The notes below the pieces were generated by a model. That model was not told the DNA's origin, ran no database searches, and was given only the letters and a program-made list of their open reading frames with translations. 32,130 nucleotides of DNA from an uncultured Candidatus Binatia bacterium (GTDB taxonomy: Bacteria > Desulfobacterota > Binatia > UBA9968 > JAJDTQ01), in NCBI GenBank assembly GCA_964291295.2, contig OZ219756.1:1-32130 (forward strand). The letters are read 5' to 3'. The position numbers and the translations under genes are program-made. Shown piece by piece: positions 20,330 to 28,825 of this stretch; positions within the stretch are counted from its first letter, which is position 1; each line of letters starts with the position of its first letter.

Positions 20330-20573
20330 GGGGTTCGGGATAACACTGTCTAATCCGCCGCATCCGTACTGTGCGGCATGTCGGATCCATTGCACCACTG
20401 TAGGTGCGCCGGAGGTCGGTCACATTACCCGGCTGGCGCACCCAGCACGGCGGGAGTCACCACCGCTGCGCGAGGACGTAATACTGCGTAAGCAGGAAGC
20501 CGTTAGCACGCGCAAGACTAGGACGTAAATAGCAAGCACGCTCTCGGGCCGTAGCGCCGACATCCTGAACCCC
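20330..20573 (+). ncRNA. Putative structured RNA or leader element of unknown class
   Basis: 12-bp closing stem GGGGTTCGGGAT/ATCCTGAACCCC (one G-U) enclosing several hairpins, including GGTGCGCC/GGCGCACC and CTGC-GTAA-GCAG; no credible ORF. Confidence 0.5.
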
Positions 20574-20623
20574 CAGGAACCCAACCAAAATCCACCGACC
20601 GACCAAAAGGAGAGACAATTCCA

Positions 20624-20671
20624 ATGAAAACCACTAAAATCAACCCAACCGACCGCGCCCCGCCGCCCTGA
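20624..20671 (+). CDS. Putative leader peptide MKTTKINPTDRAPPP
   Basis: AAGGAG SD at 20607-20612 in an A/C-rich unstructured stretch; ATG 20624, TGA 20669-20671; RAPP motif at the end. Confidence 0.55.
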   Translation: MKTTKINPTDRAPPP

Positions 20672-20766
20672 AGGAGCTGCCGCACCTGCGCCGCAGCGCA
20701 ACTGAAAGTCCCGGCTCTTTCCTCCTCTGCTCGGCCACGACGCCGGTTAACGGAGGCTCAACCACC

Positions 20767-21846
20767 ATGACCACTGCCGCATCTGCCGTCCGCGCTGCGC
20801 ATCCTTATCGGATGTACGACGCAATCGTCGCGCAGCCCGACGCCGTCGCCTCAGTCATCGCCGGCCAGCGCGACCGCTGCGCTGAGATTGCCGGCGCGCT
20901 GGCCGGCAAACGCCGCATCCATATCGTTGGCATCGGCACCTCCTGGCACGCCGCCCTCGTCGGCGCCGCCGTCATGACCAACGGTCCGGAGGCCTTCGCG
21001 CACAACTCCTTCGAATTCTGCGCCGCTGATCCGCCCGTAACCGCGGACGACGCCGTTATCGTCATCAGCCATCGCGGCACCAAGCGCTCATCCTACGACG
21101 CCCTGGACTGCGCCATCGCCCGCAACGCCTACACCGTTGCCGTCACCTCCACCGACCCCGGCCCCCGCATCCGGGCCGCCGACGCCGGTATCCCAACCGT
21201 CCCCCAGGAAACTTCCGCCGCCTTTACCGTCAGCTACACTACCGCCCTCACCGTCCTGGCCATGCTCAACCTCGGCCTGGCGGAACGCCTCTATGACGCC
21301 GATAACGGACTGCCCGAACTTCCCGGCCAAATTGCCCAAGTCCTGGCCGCGGAGGACGATATAAAGGCCGTCGTCGCCGACCACCGCGACCGGCGCCGCT
21401 TCATCTCCGCCGCTTGGGGCTCCAACCGCGCCAACGCCTACGAAGTTGCCCTCAAAATTAAGGAAACCAGCCGCGCCGACTGCGAAGGTTTCCAGATTGA
21501 GCAGCTGCTTCACGGCCCCTTCTGCTCCCTCGACGCCGACTGCCTGCTGACCATCATCGCCACACCCGGCGACGACCGGGGCCGCGCCCTTGACCTCACC
21601 CGCGCCGCCGCCGCGTTGGGCGCTCCGGTATGGGCGTTGAGCAGCCGCCCCGACGCCGCGCTGTCCGAGGCCGGCGCCCGTGTATTCCCCCTGCCCGACT
21701 GCCCGCCAATGCTGACCCCCATCGCCAGCGTCGTCCCCTTGCAGCTCTTTACCTATCACCTCGCCCTGGCCAGGGGCAAGCGCCCCGACCTGTTCCAGCA
21801 GGACGACCCGCTCCAGGCCGCCGCCCGCGTCCACTACGACCTGTAA
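20767..21846 (+). CDS. Double-SIS-domain sugar-phosphate isomerase/deaminase (GlmS C-terminal-like, no glutaminase domain)
   Basis: GIGTSWHAA, ISHRGT, EVALKIKE, LHGP, VVPLQLF; GGAGG SD. Confidence 0.88.
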   Translation: MTTAASAVRAAHPYRMYDAIVAQPDAVASVIAGQRDRCAEIAGALAGKRRIHIVGIGTSWHAALVGAAVMTNGPEAFAHNSFEFCAADPPVTADDAVIVISHRGTKRSSYDALDCAIARNAYTVAVTSTDPGPRIRAADAGIPTVPQETSAAFTVSYTTALTVLAMLNLGLAERLYDADNGLPELPGQIAQVLAAEDDIKAVVADHRDRRRFISAAWGSNRANAYEVALKIKETSRADCEGFQIEQLLHGPFCSLDADCLLTIIATPGDDRGRALDLTRAAAALGAPVWALSSRPDAALSEAGARVFPLPDCPPMLTPIASVVPLQLFTYHLALARGKRPDLFQQDDPLQAAARVHYDL

Positions 21847-21919
21847 TCCCTTATAATGCCCGCCGCCCGCCATTCCACCGCCGGCGGCAATACCCATCTT
21901 CTTCCGAGGTACTGAACCT

Positions 21920-22294
21920 ATGCCCGACGCAAACAACGCCCAGCGCCTGATTGACGAAGCCGCCCAAACCCGCGGCTACACCCTGGAAATGCACCGCATC
22001 AACGCCCTCGCCGACCCGGAGTGGACGCAAAAGTACGGCGAGTTCATCACCGCCACCTACACCGGCCAGCGCCTCCTCGACCGCAAAACCAAAGAACTCC
22101 TCCAAATCTGCGTGGAAACCGCCCTCCGCGCCGACCAGGAACAAATACAGGCCCACATCCGCGTCGCCCTCAACGAAGGCGCCACGCCCCGGGAAATCCT
22201 GGAGGCCATGCAGGCTGTCATCGCACCCATGGGCGCCCTGGCCTTCCGCCGCGGCGTCCAGGCCTGGGCCGCCGAAACCGGCTTCGAATACTAG
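21920..22294 (+). CDS. Carboxymuconolactone decarboxylase (AhpD-like) family protein
   Basis: LDRKTKELL, HIRVALNEGATPREILE; no CxxC. Confidence 0.88.
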   Translation: MPDANNAQRLIDEAAQTRGYTLEMHRINALADPEWTQKYGEFITATYTGQRLLDRKTKELLQICVETALRADQEQIQAHIRVALNEGATPREILEAMQAVIAPMGALAFRRGVQAWAAETGFEY

Positions 22295-22342
22295 CCCCCT
22301 GTCCATCTTCCCCGGTATAGCCGTGTCAGAGGAGCGCCCATA

Positions 22343-23065
22343 ATGACTGCCCAGTCCACCGCCGCCGGCCCCATAGCCCAAAACGGCGCCGCCGCCGACA
22401 CTGAACCCTCCGTAGCCCAAACCCAGGCTGCGGAGACCGGTCGCGCCCGGCACAGCCCCATAGAGTGGGTAGTCGAACCGCACCTGATTGGCAACCGTCT
22501 CCTGGCTATCGGCCGTTCCCGAGGCGGCGCGCGAATCAACAACGTCCTCTCCGATGATGGCACTGCCTTCGACGTTTATCGGGATGGAGTCTCCGACGAA
22601 CTCCCCGGAGAGGTTGTGCTGATCATCGTCCCCAGACGAAATGACGGAATAACCTGGGCCATCGAGACCGAGCAGGGAGTACCCATCATCACCGCCCACG
22701 AATACGATACTTCCGGCGGGCGGTTCATCCTTTACGCCGACACCGCCGACCTCCTGCCCGATGAACGGCGTCATACTCTCCGCGTCTGGGGCGCAATGCC
22801 CGACAGCGGCCCAAGACTGCTTGCCGAACCGGCCATCGGGCGATACGTCCACCGCAGACTGCCGCAAGTATCTTTGGGAAGCGTCATCCGTCGGTGGTTG
22901 GCGGCTCTGTGGCGCCGTTTTCTCTGGCTCGGCATCGTAATGCTGGTACTCATACTCCTGGCCTTGTCCGCCATCGGTGCCGTCGTAGTCATTGACCCCT
23001 CCTGGATGGGCCTGGAGTACATCGAGGAGGTCAACCGCTTCTTCGACTGGCTGCCCTGGCGCTGA
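22343..23065 (+). CDS. Hypothetical protein with a C-terminal membrane anchor
   Basis: AGGAG SD; 240 aa; C-terminal hydrophobic FLWLGIVMLVLILLALSAIGAVVVI. Confidence 0.75.
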   Translation: MTAQSTAAGPIAQNGAAADTEPSVAQTQAAETGRARHSPIEWVVEPHLIGNRLLAIGRSRGGARINNVLSDDGTAFDVYRDGVSDELPGEVVLIIVPRRNDGITWAIETEQGVPIITAHEYDTSGGRFILYADTADLLPDERRHTLRVWGAMPDSGPRLLAEPAIGRYVHRRLPQVSLGSVIRRWLAALWRRFLWLGIVMLVLILLALSAIGAVVVIDPSWMGLEYIEEVNRFFDWLPWR

Positions 23066-23157
23066 CCTCTCCTCCCCTTTCCCGCGCGGTGAGCCTGTCG
23101 CCCCGCCATCGTCAGCCTCTCCTGTCGCCGCCCTTGACTTGGCCCGGCCCTCTCTCG

Positions 23158-23187
23158 TTGACGCTCCTCACAGCCTTACCCTACAAT
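23158..23187 (+). promoter_or_regulatory. Promoter of alaS
   Basis: TTGACG, 18 nt, TACAAT. Confidence 0.55.
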
Positions 23188-23246
23188 CAAATGCGTTCCC
23201 CGCAAAACTCAATTCTCCAATCCACTCCACCGGAGCCGTGACCCCT

Positions 23247-25988
23247 ATGGACACCGCCGGCGATAGCATCCGCAGCGCTTTCATCGACTTCTTCCGGCAG
23301 CGCGGCCATCTCCCCATGCCTTCCGCATCCCTCATCCCCGCCGGCGACCCTACCCTCCTTTTCACATCTGCCGGCATGGTTCCCTTCAAGCCCTTCTTCA
23401 TGGGCGAGCAGACCCCGCCCCGCCGCCGCCTCACCAGCTGCCAGAAATCCTTTCGCACCACCGACATCGACGAAGTCGGCGACCACAAGCACCTCACCTT
23501 CTTCGAGATGCTGGGCAACTTCAGCATCGGCGACTACTTCAAGCAGGACGCCGCCGCCTTCGCCTGGGAACTCTGCACCGGCCTCTTCAGCCTGCCGCCG
23601 GAGCGTATGTACGTTACCGTCCATCTTGACGACGACGAAGCCTACGACATCTGGCGCAACGAAATCGGCATCCCGCCCCATCGCATCTATCGCTACGGCA
23701 ACAGCGACAACTGGTGGGGGCCGGCCGGACTGGAAGGCCCTACCGGCCCCTGCTCCGAACTCCACTACGACGGCGGCGCCGAGAAAGGCATCGGCCAGCA
23801 CCGCCTTACCGACGAGCTGATGACGCCCGACGACCTCACCGCCATGCTCCGCATCGAGGCGGATGGCGGCCCCGTCGCCGCGCCCGGCGGCTGCCATCCC
23901 AACTGCGATTGCGAGCGCTTCGTCGAACTGTGGAACCTGGTCTTCATGCAGTACTACCAGGACTTGCAGGGCGTCCGTACTCCGCTGCCCGCTCCCAGCG
24001 TGGACACCGGCATGGGCCTGGAACGCGCCGCCGCCGTGCTGCAAAACAAGCCCAACGTCTATGAAACCGACCTCTTCCGTCCCATCATCAACGCCGTGTG
24101 CCAACTGGCCGGCTGCGAATACGGCGCAGACGGCGATACCGACTACGCCATCCGCGTCGTCGCCGAGCACGCCCGCGCCGCATCCGTCCTCATCAGCGAC
24201 GGCGTGGTGCCGTCCAACAGCGAGCGCGGCTACGTGCTGCGACGCATCATCCGCCGCGCCATTCGCTACGGCCGGCAGCTCGGCCTCGACCGCCCCTTCA
24301 TGACCGAAGTCGCCGACGCCGTGATACATAGATTCGCCGCAGCATACCCCGCCCTCTCCGAAAACCGCGATTTCATCCGCCGCGTCGTCGGGCTGGAAGA
24401 AGCCCAATTCCTGGACAATATCCGCCAGGGTATGCCCTTGCTGGAAGAACGCCTGGCATCATCCCGCGCCGCCGGCGTCATCGCCGGCCACGTAGCCTTC
24501 GAACTCTACGACACCTACGGCTTCCCTCCGGAACTCGTGGATGAAATCGGACGCCGCGAGTACGGCCTCGCCGTAGATATGGACGGCTTCAACGCCGCAA
24601 TGGCCGCCAAGCGCCAGCGCGACCGCGCCGGCCATCAGGTAACCGGCAGCATGGAAATCGTTACCGCTTACGAAAACCTCGGCGCCGGACACACTCCCTT
24701 CATCGGCTACCGGCAGACCGCTGTCCCGGCCCGCATCCTCGGCATCCTGCGCGATGGCGAAGCCGTGGGCCACGCCGCCGCCGGCCAGCCGGTCGAAATC
24801 GTCCTCTCCGAAACCTGCTTCTACGCCGAGGCCGGCGGGCAGGTTGGCGACAGTGGCGTCATCATCGGCCCCAACGGGCGCGTCCAGGTAGCCGACACCC
24901 ATAGCCCTGTCGCCGGCCTCATCGTCCATCGCGGCAAGGTTGCCGACGGCGACGTCACCTTGGGCGACGTCGTAACCGCCCAGGTCGCCGCCGAGCGCCG
25001 CCTGGACGCCTCCCGCAATCACAGCGGAACCCATCTGCTCCACGCCGCCCTGCGTTCCGTCCTCGGCCCCCATGTCCGCCAGGCCGGTTCCCTGTGCGCC
25101 CCCGGCCGGCTGCGCTTCGATTTCAACCACGTCGGCGCAATGACGCCCGACGAACAGATCTCCGTGCAGAGCCTGGCCAATCGCCAAATCCGCGCCAACC
25201 TGGCCGTCACCGCCCAGGAAACCACCTACGCCGACGCCGTGCGCGACGGCGCGCTGGCCTTCTTCGGCGACCGCTACGGCGACGTGGTGCGCGTGGTCAA
25301 AATGGCCGGACATTCCGATGATCCTAACCCCTTCAGCTTTGAAGTCTGCGGCGGCACTCACGTCCACGCCACCGGCGAATTGGGCGCCTTGGTCGTGCTG
25401 GGCGAGTCCAGCATCGGCGGCGGTATGCGCCGCATCGAGGCTATGACCGGCCGCGCCGCCGAGGAACTGTTCACGCAGCAGTCCGCCACCCTGCAAGCCA
25501 TCGCGCAGAAACTGCAAGCCCCCGTCCACGAACTGGAAGCCCGCCTGGACGCCTACATCGCCGACGCCGACGCCCTCCGCCGACGCCTGGCCGAAACGGA
25601 ACGCGCCAGCCTGCGCGCCGAAGCCGAATCCCTGCTGGCCCGCGTCCGCGATGTGGACGGCGTAAATCTGGTAGCGTCCGTAACCTCCGCCCACAGCCCG
25701 GAGGCCATGCGCGAAATGGGCGACTACCTGAAGCAGAAACTTGACAGCGTGGCCGTAGCCCTGGGCGCCGTCAGCGACGGTTCTCCCATCATCATAACCA
25801 TGCTCACCCCCGACCTGGTAAGTCGCGGCCTCCACGCCGGCAACATCGCCCGGGACGCCGCCAAACTCATGGGCGGCGGCGGCGGCGGACGTCCCGAAAC
25901 CGCCCAGGCCGGCGGTCGCCAGCCCGACCGCCTCGGCGCCGCCCTGGACAGCGTAGCCGGCCTCATCCGTGCCGTATTGCAAAGCTAA
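23247..25988 (+). CDS. alaS: Alanine-tRNA ligase (start ATG 23247 or GTG 23238)
   Basis: DPTLLFTSAGM, HLTFFEMLGNFS, ELWNLVFMQ, DTGMGLER, HSGTH and CGGTH editing motifs, GGGGGG in the C-Ala domain. Confidence 0.98.
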   Translation: MDTAGDSIRSAFIDFFRQRGHLPMPSASLIPAGDPTLLFTSAGMVPFKPFFMGEQTPPRRRLTSCQKSFRTTDIDEVGDHKHLTFFEMLGNFSIGDYFKQDAAAFAWELCTGLFSLPPERMYVTVHLDDDEAYDIWRNEIGIPPHRIYRYGNSDNWWGPAGLEGPTGPCSELHYDGGAEKGIGQHRLTDELMTPDDLTAMLRIEADGGPVAAPGGCHPNCDCERFVELWNLVFMQYYQDLQGVRTPLPAPSVDTGMGLERAAAVLQNKPNVYETDLFRPIINAVCQLAGCEYGADGDTDYAIRVVAEHARAASVLISDGVVPSNSERGYVLRRIIRRAIRYGRQLGLDRPFMTEVADAVIHRFAAAYPALSENRDFIRRVVGLEEAQFLDNIRQGMPLLEERLASSRAAGVIAGHVAFELYDTYGFPPELVDEIGRREYGLAVDMDGFNAAMAAKRQRDRAGHQVTGSMEIVTAYENLGAGHTPFIGYRQTAVPARILGILRDGEAVGHAAAGQPVEIVLSETCFYAEAGGQVGDSGVIIGPNGRVQVADTHSPVAGLIVHRGKVADGDVTLGDVVTAQVAAERRLDASRNHSGTHLLHAALRSVLGPHVRQAGSLCAPGRLRFDFNHVGAMTPDEQISVQSLANRQIRANLAVTAQETTYADAVRDGALAFFGDRYGDVVRVVKMAGHSDDPNPFSFEVCGGTHVHATGELGALVVLGESSIGGGMRRIEAMTGRAAEELFTQQSATLQAIAQKLQAPVHELEARLDAYIADADALRRRLAETERASLRAEAESLLARVRDVDGVNLVASVTSAHSPEAMREMGDYLKQKLDSVAVALGAVSDGSPIIITMLTPDLVSRGLHAGNIARDAAKLMGGGGGGRPETAQAGGRQPDRLGAALDSVAGLIRAVLQS

Positions 25989-26051
25989 CCCAGCCATCCC
26001 TCACCCCCCTCTTTGGTGGTTCCAAAACGCTTCCTTCCGGTGTACAATAAA

Positions 26052-26276
26052 ATGATGAAGTTGATACTACAGAGAATCCTCATTACATACCGTCGGGAAC
26101 ACCGGCAGAATCCTCTTGCCGCTAAGGTCTATGCCACGATGCTTGTCGGTGCGCTTATCGGTATTCCAGCGATATTAATTGCGGCCAGTATAGTTCAGGG
26201 CGATGGGTTTTGGATTGCCGCGGTAGCATTAGTGGTTCCCACAGTCCTTATCATTGCTTGGGTCGGCCTCCAATAA
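26052..26276 (+). CDS. Small AT-rich two-TM membrane protein (start 26052 or 26055)
   Basis: Two hydrophobic segments; TACAAT at 26043-26048; composition differs from flanks. Confidence 0.55.
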   Translation: MMKLILQRILITYRREHRQNPLAAKVYATMLVGALIGIPAILIAASIVQGDGFWIAAVALVVPTVLIIAWVGLQ

Positions 26277-26292
26277 TCATAAAAGTGGAGCG

Positions 26293-26727
26293 ATGCCAAC
26301 CGTCGCCCGCCTCGCCCGCGCCGGCCGCCTCCTCGCCCTGGACGTTGGTGACCGACGCATCGGCCTGGCCGTCAGCATCCCGCCCGGCGAGCTGATACTG
26401 CCCATCGGCCACCTCCTGCGACGCAACCGTCGCGCCGACATCGCCGCCATCCTGGACGCCGCGGCGCAGCGGGACGCCGCAGCCATCGTCGTCGGCATCC
26501 CCTACGACGCCCACGGCCGCATCGGCGAGCAGGCCCGCAAAACCGCCGCCCTGGTCCGCGCCCTGGAACGCGCCGCCGACATCCCGATACTCACCGTTGA
26601 CGAATCCTTCACCTCCCAGACCGCCGAAACCGCCCTGCGCGACGCCGGCGGCGGCGCCGCCATCTCCCCCGGCGATATTGACGCCGCCGCCGCCGTCGCC
26701 ATCCTCCGCCGTTCCATCGGCAAGTAG
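26293..26727 (+). CDS. ruvX: YqgF/RuvX family nuclease
   Basis: LALDVGDRRIGLAVS, IVVGIP, VDESFTS, IDAAAAVAIL; downstream of alaS. Confidence 0.92.
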   Translation: MPTVARLARAGRLLALDVGDRRIGLAVSIPPGELILPIGHLLRRNRRADIAAILDAAAQRDAAAIVVGIPYDAHGRIGEQARKTAALVRALERAADIPILTVDESFTSQTAETALRDAGGGAAISPGDIDAAAAVAILRRSIGK

Positions 26728-26800
26728 CCCCCTGCATCGTGACGTCAGGCCGTTGCCCCCTCTCAAGCGGCAGTGTTAGGCTGATGACGGAGGTATCCTC

Positions 26801-28297
26801 ATGCCCAGCGCCTGCAACGTCCCTAGCCGAACCATTTTCACCGGCGACAACCTCGACATCCTGCGCGGCATCAACTCCCAGTGCGTCGACCTCATCTACC
26901 TCGACCCTCCCTTCAACTCCAACCGCACCTACGCCGCGCCCTTGGACAGCGAGGCCCGGGGCGCCGAGTTCGATGACGTCTGGACGCTGGACGACATGAA
27001 GGCCGAATGGATTGATGAGATTGAGTTCCGCCGGCCGTCGCTTTTCCACCTTATCAACGGCGCCAAACTGGCGCACGGCGAGAGCATGGCCGGCTACCTC
27101 ACCTTCATGAGCATCCGCCTGCTGGAACTGCACCGCGTATTGAAACCCACCGGCAGCATCTACCTGCACTGCGACGATACCGCAGTCCATTACCTCAAAA
27201 CCATCATGGACGCGCTGTTCGGCTGGCAGCATCATCGGGCGACGATTAGTTGGAAACGGACTTCGGCGCACAACGACTCCCGTACCTTTGGCAGAGTCAC
27301 CGACAATATCCTCTTCTACAGTCGGCGCAGCTCCATAAACGTCGCTGAGGTTCGGGTTCCACTGGACAGCGATTACGTGGAACGGTTCTACCGCTTCGAA
27401 GACGAGCGGGGGAAATACCAGCTCGGAGACCTCACTGCCCCACGCTTGGGCGCGGGCGAAACCGGGCAGCCCTGGCGCGGCTATGACCCAAATCTGCGTG
27501 GACGGCAGTGGAACGCGCCGCTGGCCGGGCGTTACGCCGCCTGGATTGAAGAAAACGTTATTCCAGGATACCGGAACATCACGAGTCCGTTAGCCCGGCT
27601 GGACGCGCTCGACGCCGCCGGCCTAATCGCCTATCCCGCTGATGGCAACATACCCCGCCTTAAGCGCTACCTTGCGGAAAACCCCGGCCAGGCCCCTACT
27701 GACCAGTGGCTGGACATTCGCCCGGTCAGCGCATGGTCAAGTGAACGCACCGGCTGGCGCACGCAAAAGCCGGTAGCCCTGCTGGAACGCATCATCAAAG
27801 CCTCCTCCAACCCTGGCGACTTGGTACTCGACCCGTTCTGCGGCTGCGCCACTGCCTGCATCGCCGCCGAAAAGCTGGGCCGCCAGTGGATTGGCATTGA
27901 CAAGCTCCCGCAGGCCGCCGATGTCCTGGCGCAGCGCGCCCGGCGGGAATTGCAGATACCGATGAACGGCGACGACGGAAAGCCGTGGGAAGACTGGACG
28001 CCAATGGCCCTGCAAGAACCGCCCCGGCGCAGCGACCTGACCCTGCTCATCCCGGCCAATCCCCAATCAGACAAGGAACTGCTGTACGCCAGCCAGAACC
28101 GCCGCTGCGCCGGCTGCGAATACGAACTGCCCCTGCACGTACTCACCATAGACCACATTCACCCCCGCTCACTGGGCGGCTTGGACGCTCTCGGAAACCT
28201 GCAATTGATGTGCCACAGCTGCAACGCCATCAAAGGCAACCGCGATATGGCCTACCTGCGCGAGCAGCTACACCGCCGGGGCATCCTACGGGAGTAG
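26801..28297 (+). CDS. Beta-class N6/N4 DNA methyltransferase fused to a C-terminal HNH domain
   Basis: IYLDPPFNS, TQKPVALLERII, LDPFCGCAT; C-terminal CAGC..DHIHPRSLGG..NLQLMCHSCN; GGAGG SD. Confidence 0.92.
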   Translation: MPSACNVPSRTIFTGDNLDILRGINSQCVDLIYLDPPFNSNRTYAAPLDSEARGAEFDDVWTLDDMKAEWIDEIEFRRPSLFHLINGAKLAHGESMAGYLTFMSIRLLELHRVLKPTGSIYLHCDDTAVHYLKTIMDALFGWQHHRATISWKRTSAHNDSRTFGRVTDNILFYSRRSSINVAEVRVPLDSDYVERFYRFEDERGKYQLGDLTAPRLGAGETGQPWRGYDPNLRGRQWNAPLAGRYAAWIEENVIPGYRNITSPLARLDALDAAGLIAYPADGNIPRLKRYLAENPGQAPTDQWLDIRPVSAWSSERTGWRTQKPVALLERIIKASSNPGDLVLDPFCGCATACIAAEKLGRQWIGIDKLPQAADVLAQRARRELQIPMNGDDGKPWEDWTPMALQEPPRRSDLTLLIPANPQSDKELLYASQNRRCAGCEYELPLHVLTIDHIHPRSLGGLDALGNLQLMCHSCNAIKGNRDMAYLREQLHRRGILRE

Positions 28298-28377
28298 CGC
28301 AGCGCCCGCCGAATAGCGTCCAGATCTGATTTGCCGCCGCCAACAAGTGAACACCCAAACGATACGCGGTCGTTGCA

Positions 28378-28825
28378 TCAGAGTACGGCGGGGTGTATGG
28401 CGTTGACGCGCCTGGCAATCATATCGCCGATTGTGAGTGCCATACTTTCTGCTTCCGCCGGCGGCAATCCTAATAATCTCGCAGTGCGATGGATCCGGCT
28501 CAGGAAAACGATCAGTGCCCAGTTGCGGCGTGTTGATGACGTGTACATCCGGCAACTCGTCTCGGAGATATTGTTTGACGTCGCCAATGTTCAATTCCGC
28601 GAAGATAGCCTGCCTTCCCAGCGTGCGATGAATCACCTTCCTGACTCCGGAAACTTGCTGCGGCTTGGCAAGATCGGCAAAAAACTCCAGCAAGTTGACG
28701 GATAACCCACCCTCATTAAGCCGTCTGCAAAATGCCGCGCCGTCAATCCGACCGTTTTCCCTGATTTGTGAATAACCGACATAACGAACGATGTTGTCGC
28801 TATCTTCCGGGAAATCCGCCGTCAT
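28378..28825 (-). pseudogene. Hypothetical protein with an apparent frameshift near 28469-28477
   Basis: IVRYV..IDGAAF..LSVNLLEFF..DPSHCEI; the adjacent frame continues GLPPAEAESMALTIGDMIARRVNAIHPAVL-stop and removes the overlap with the methyltransferase gene. Confidence 0.65.

Noticed and set aside
20337-20363. GGGATAAC..CTAAT..CCGCAT resembling a 16S rRNA helix; CCACTGT near 20395 resembling a cobalamin riboswitch
   Set aside because: Short matches only; flanking conserved elements are absent.
20330-20573. glmS ribozyme, suggested by the downstream GlmS-like SIS gene and AGCGCC near 20553
   Set aside because: No GACGAGG core or P1/P2 arrangement after AGCGCC, and the gene lacks the glutaminase domain.
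23066-23246. T-box upstream of alaS, or the N-terminal extension in ORF 22992
   Set aside because: No T-box consensus; the promoter is only about 60 nt from the ATG; the extension is low-complexity and overlaps the previous gene.
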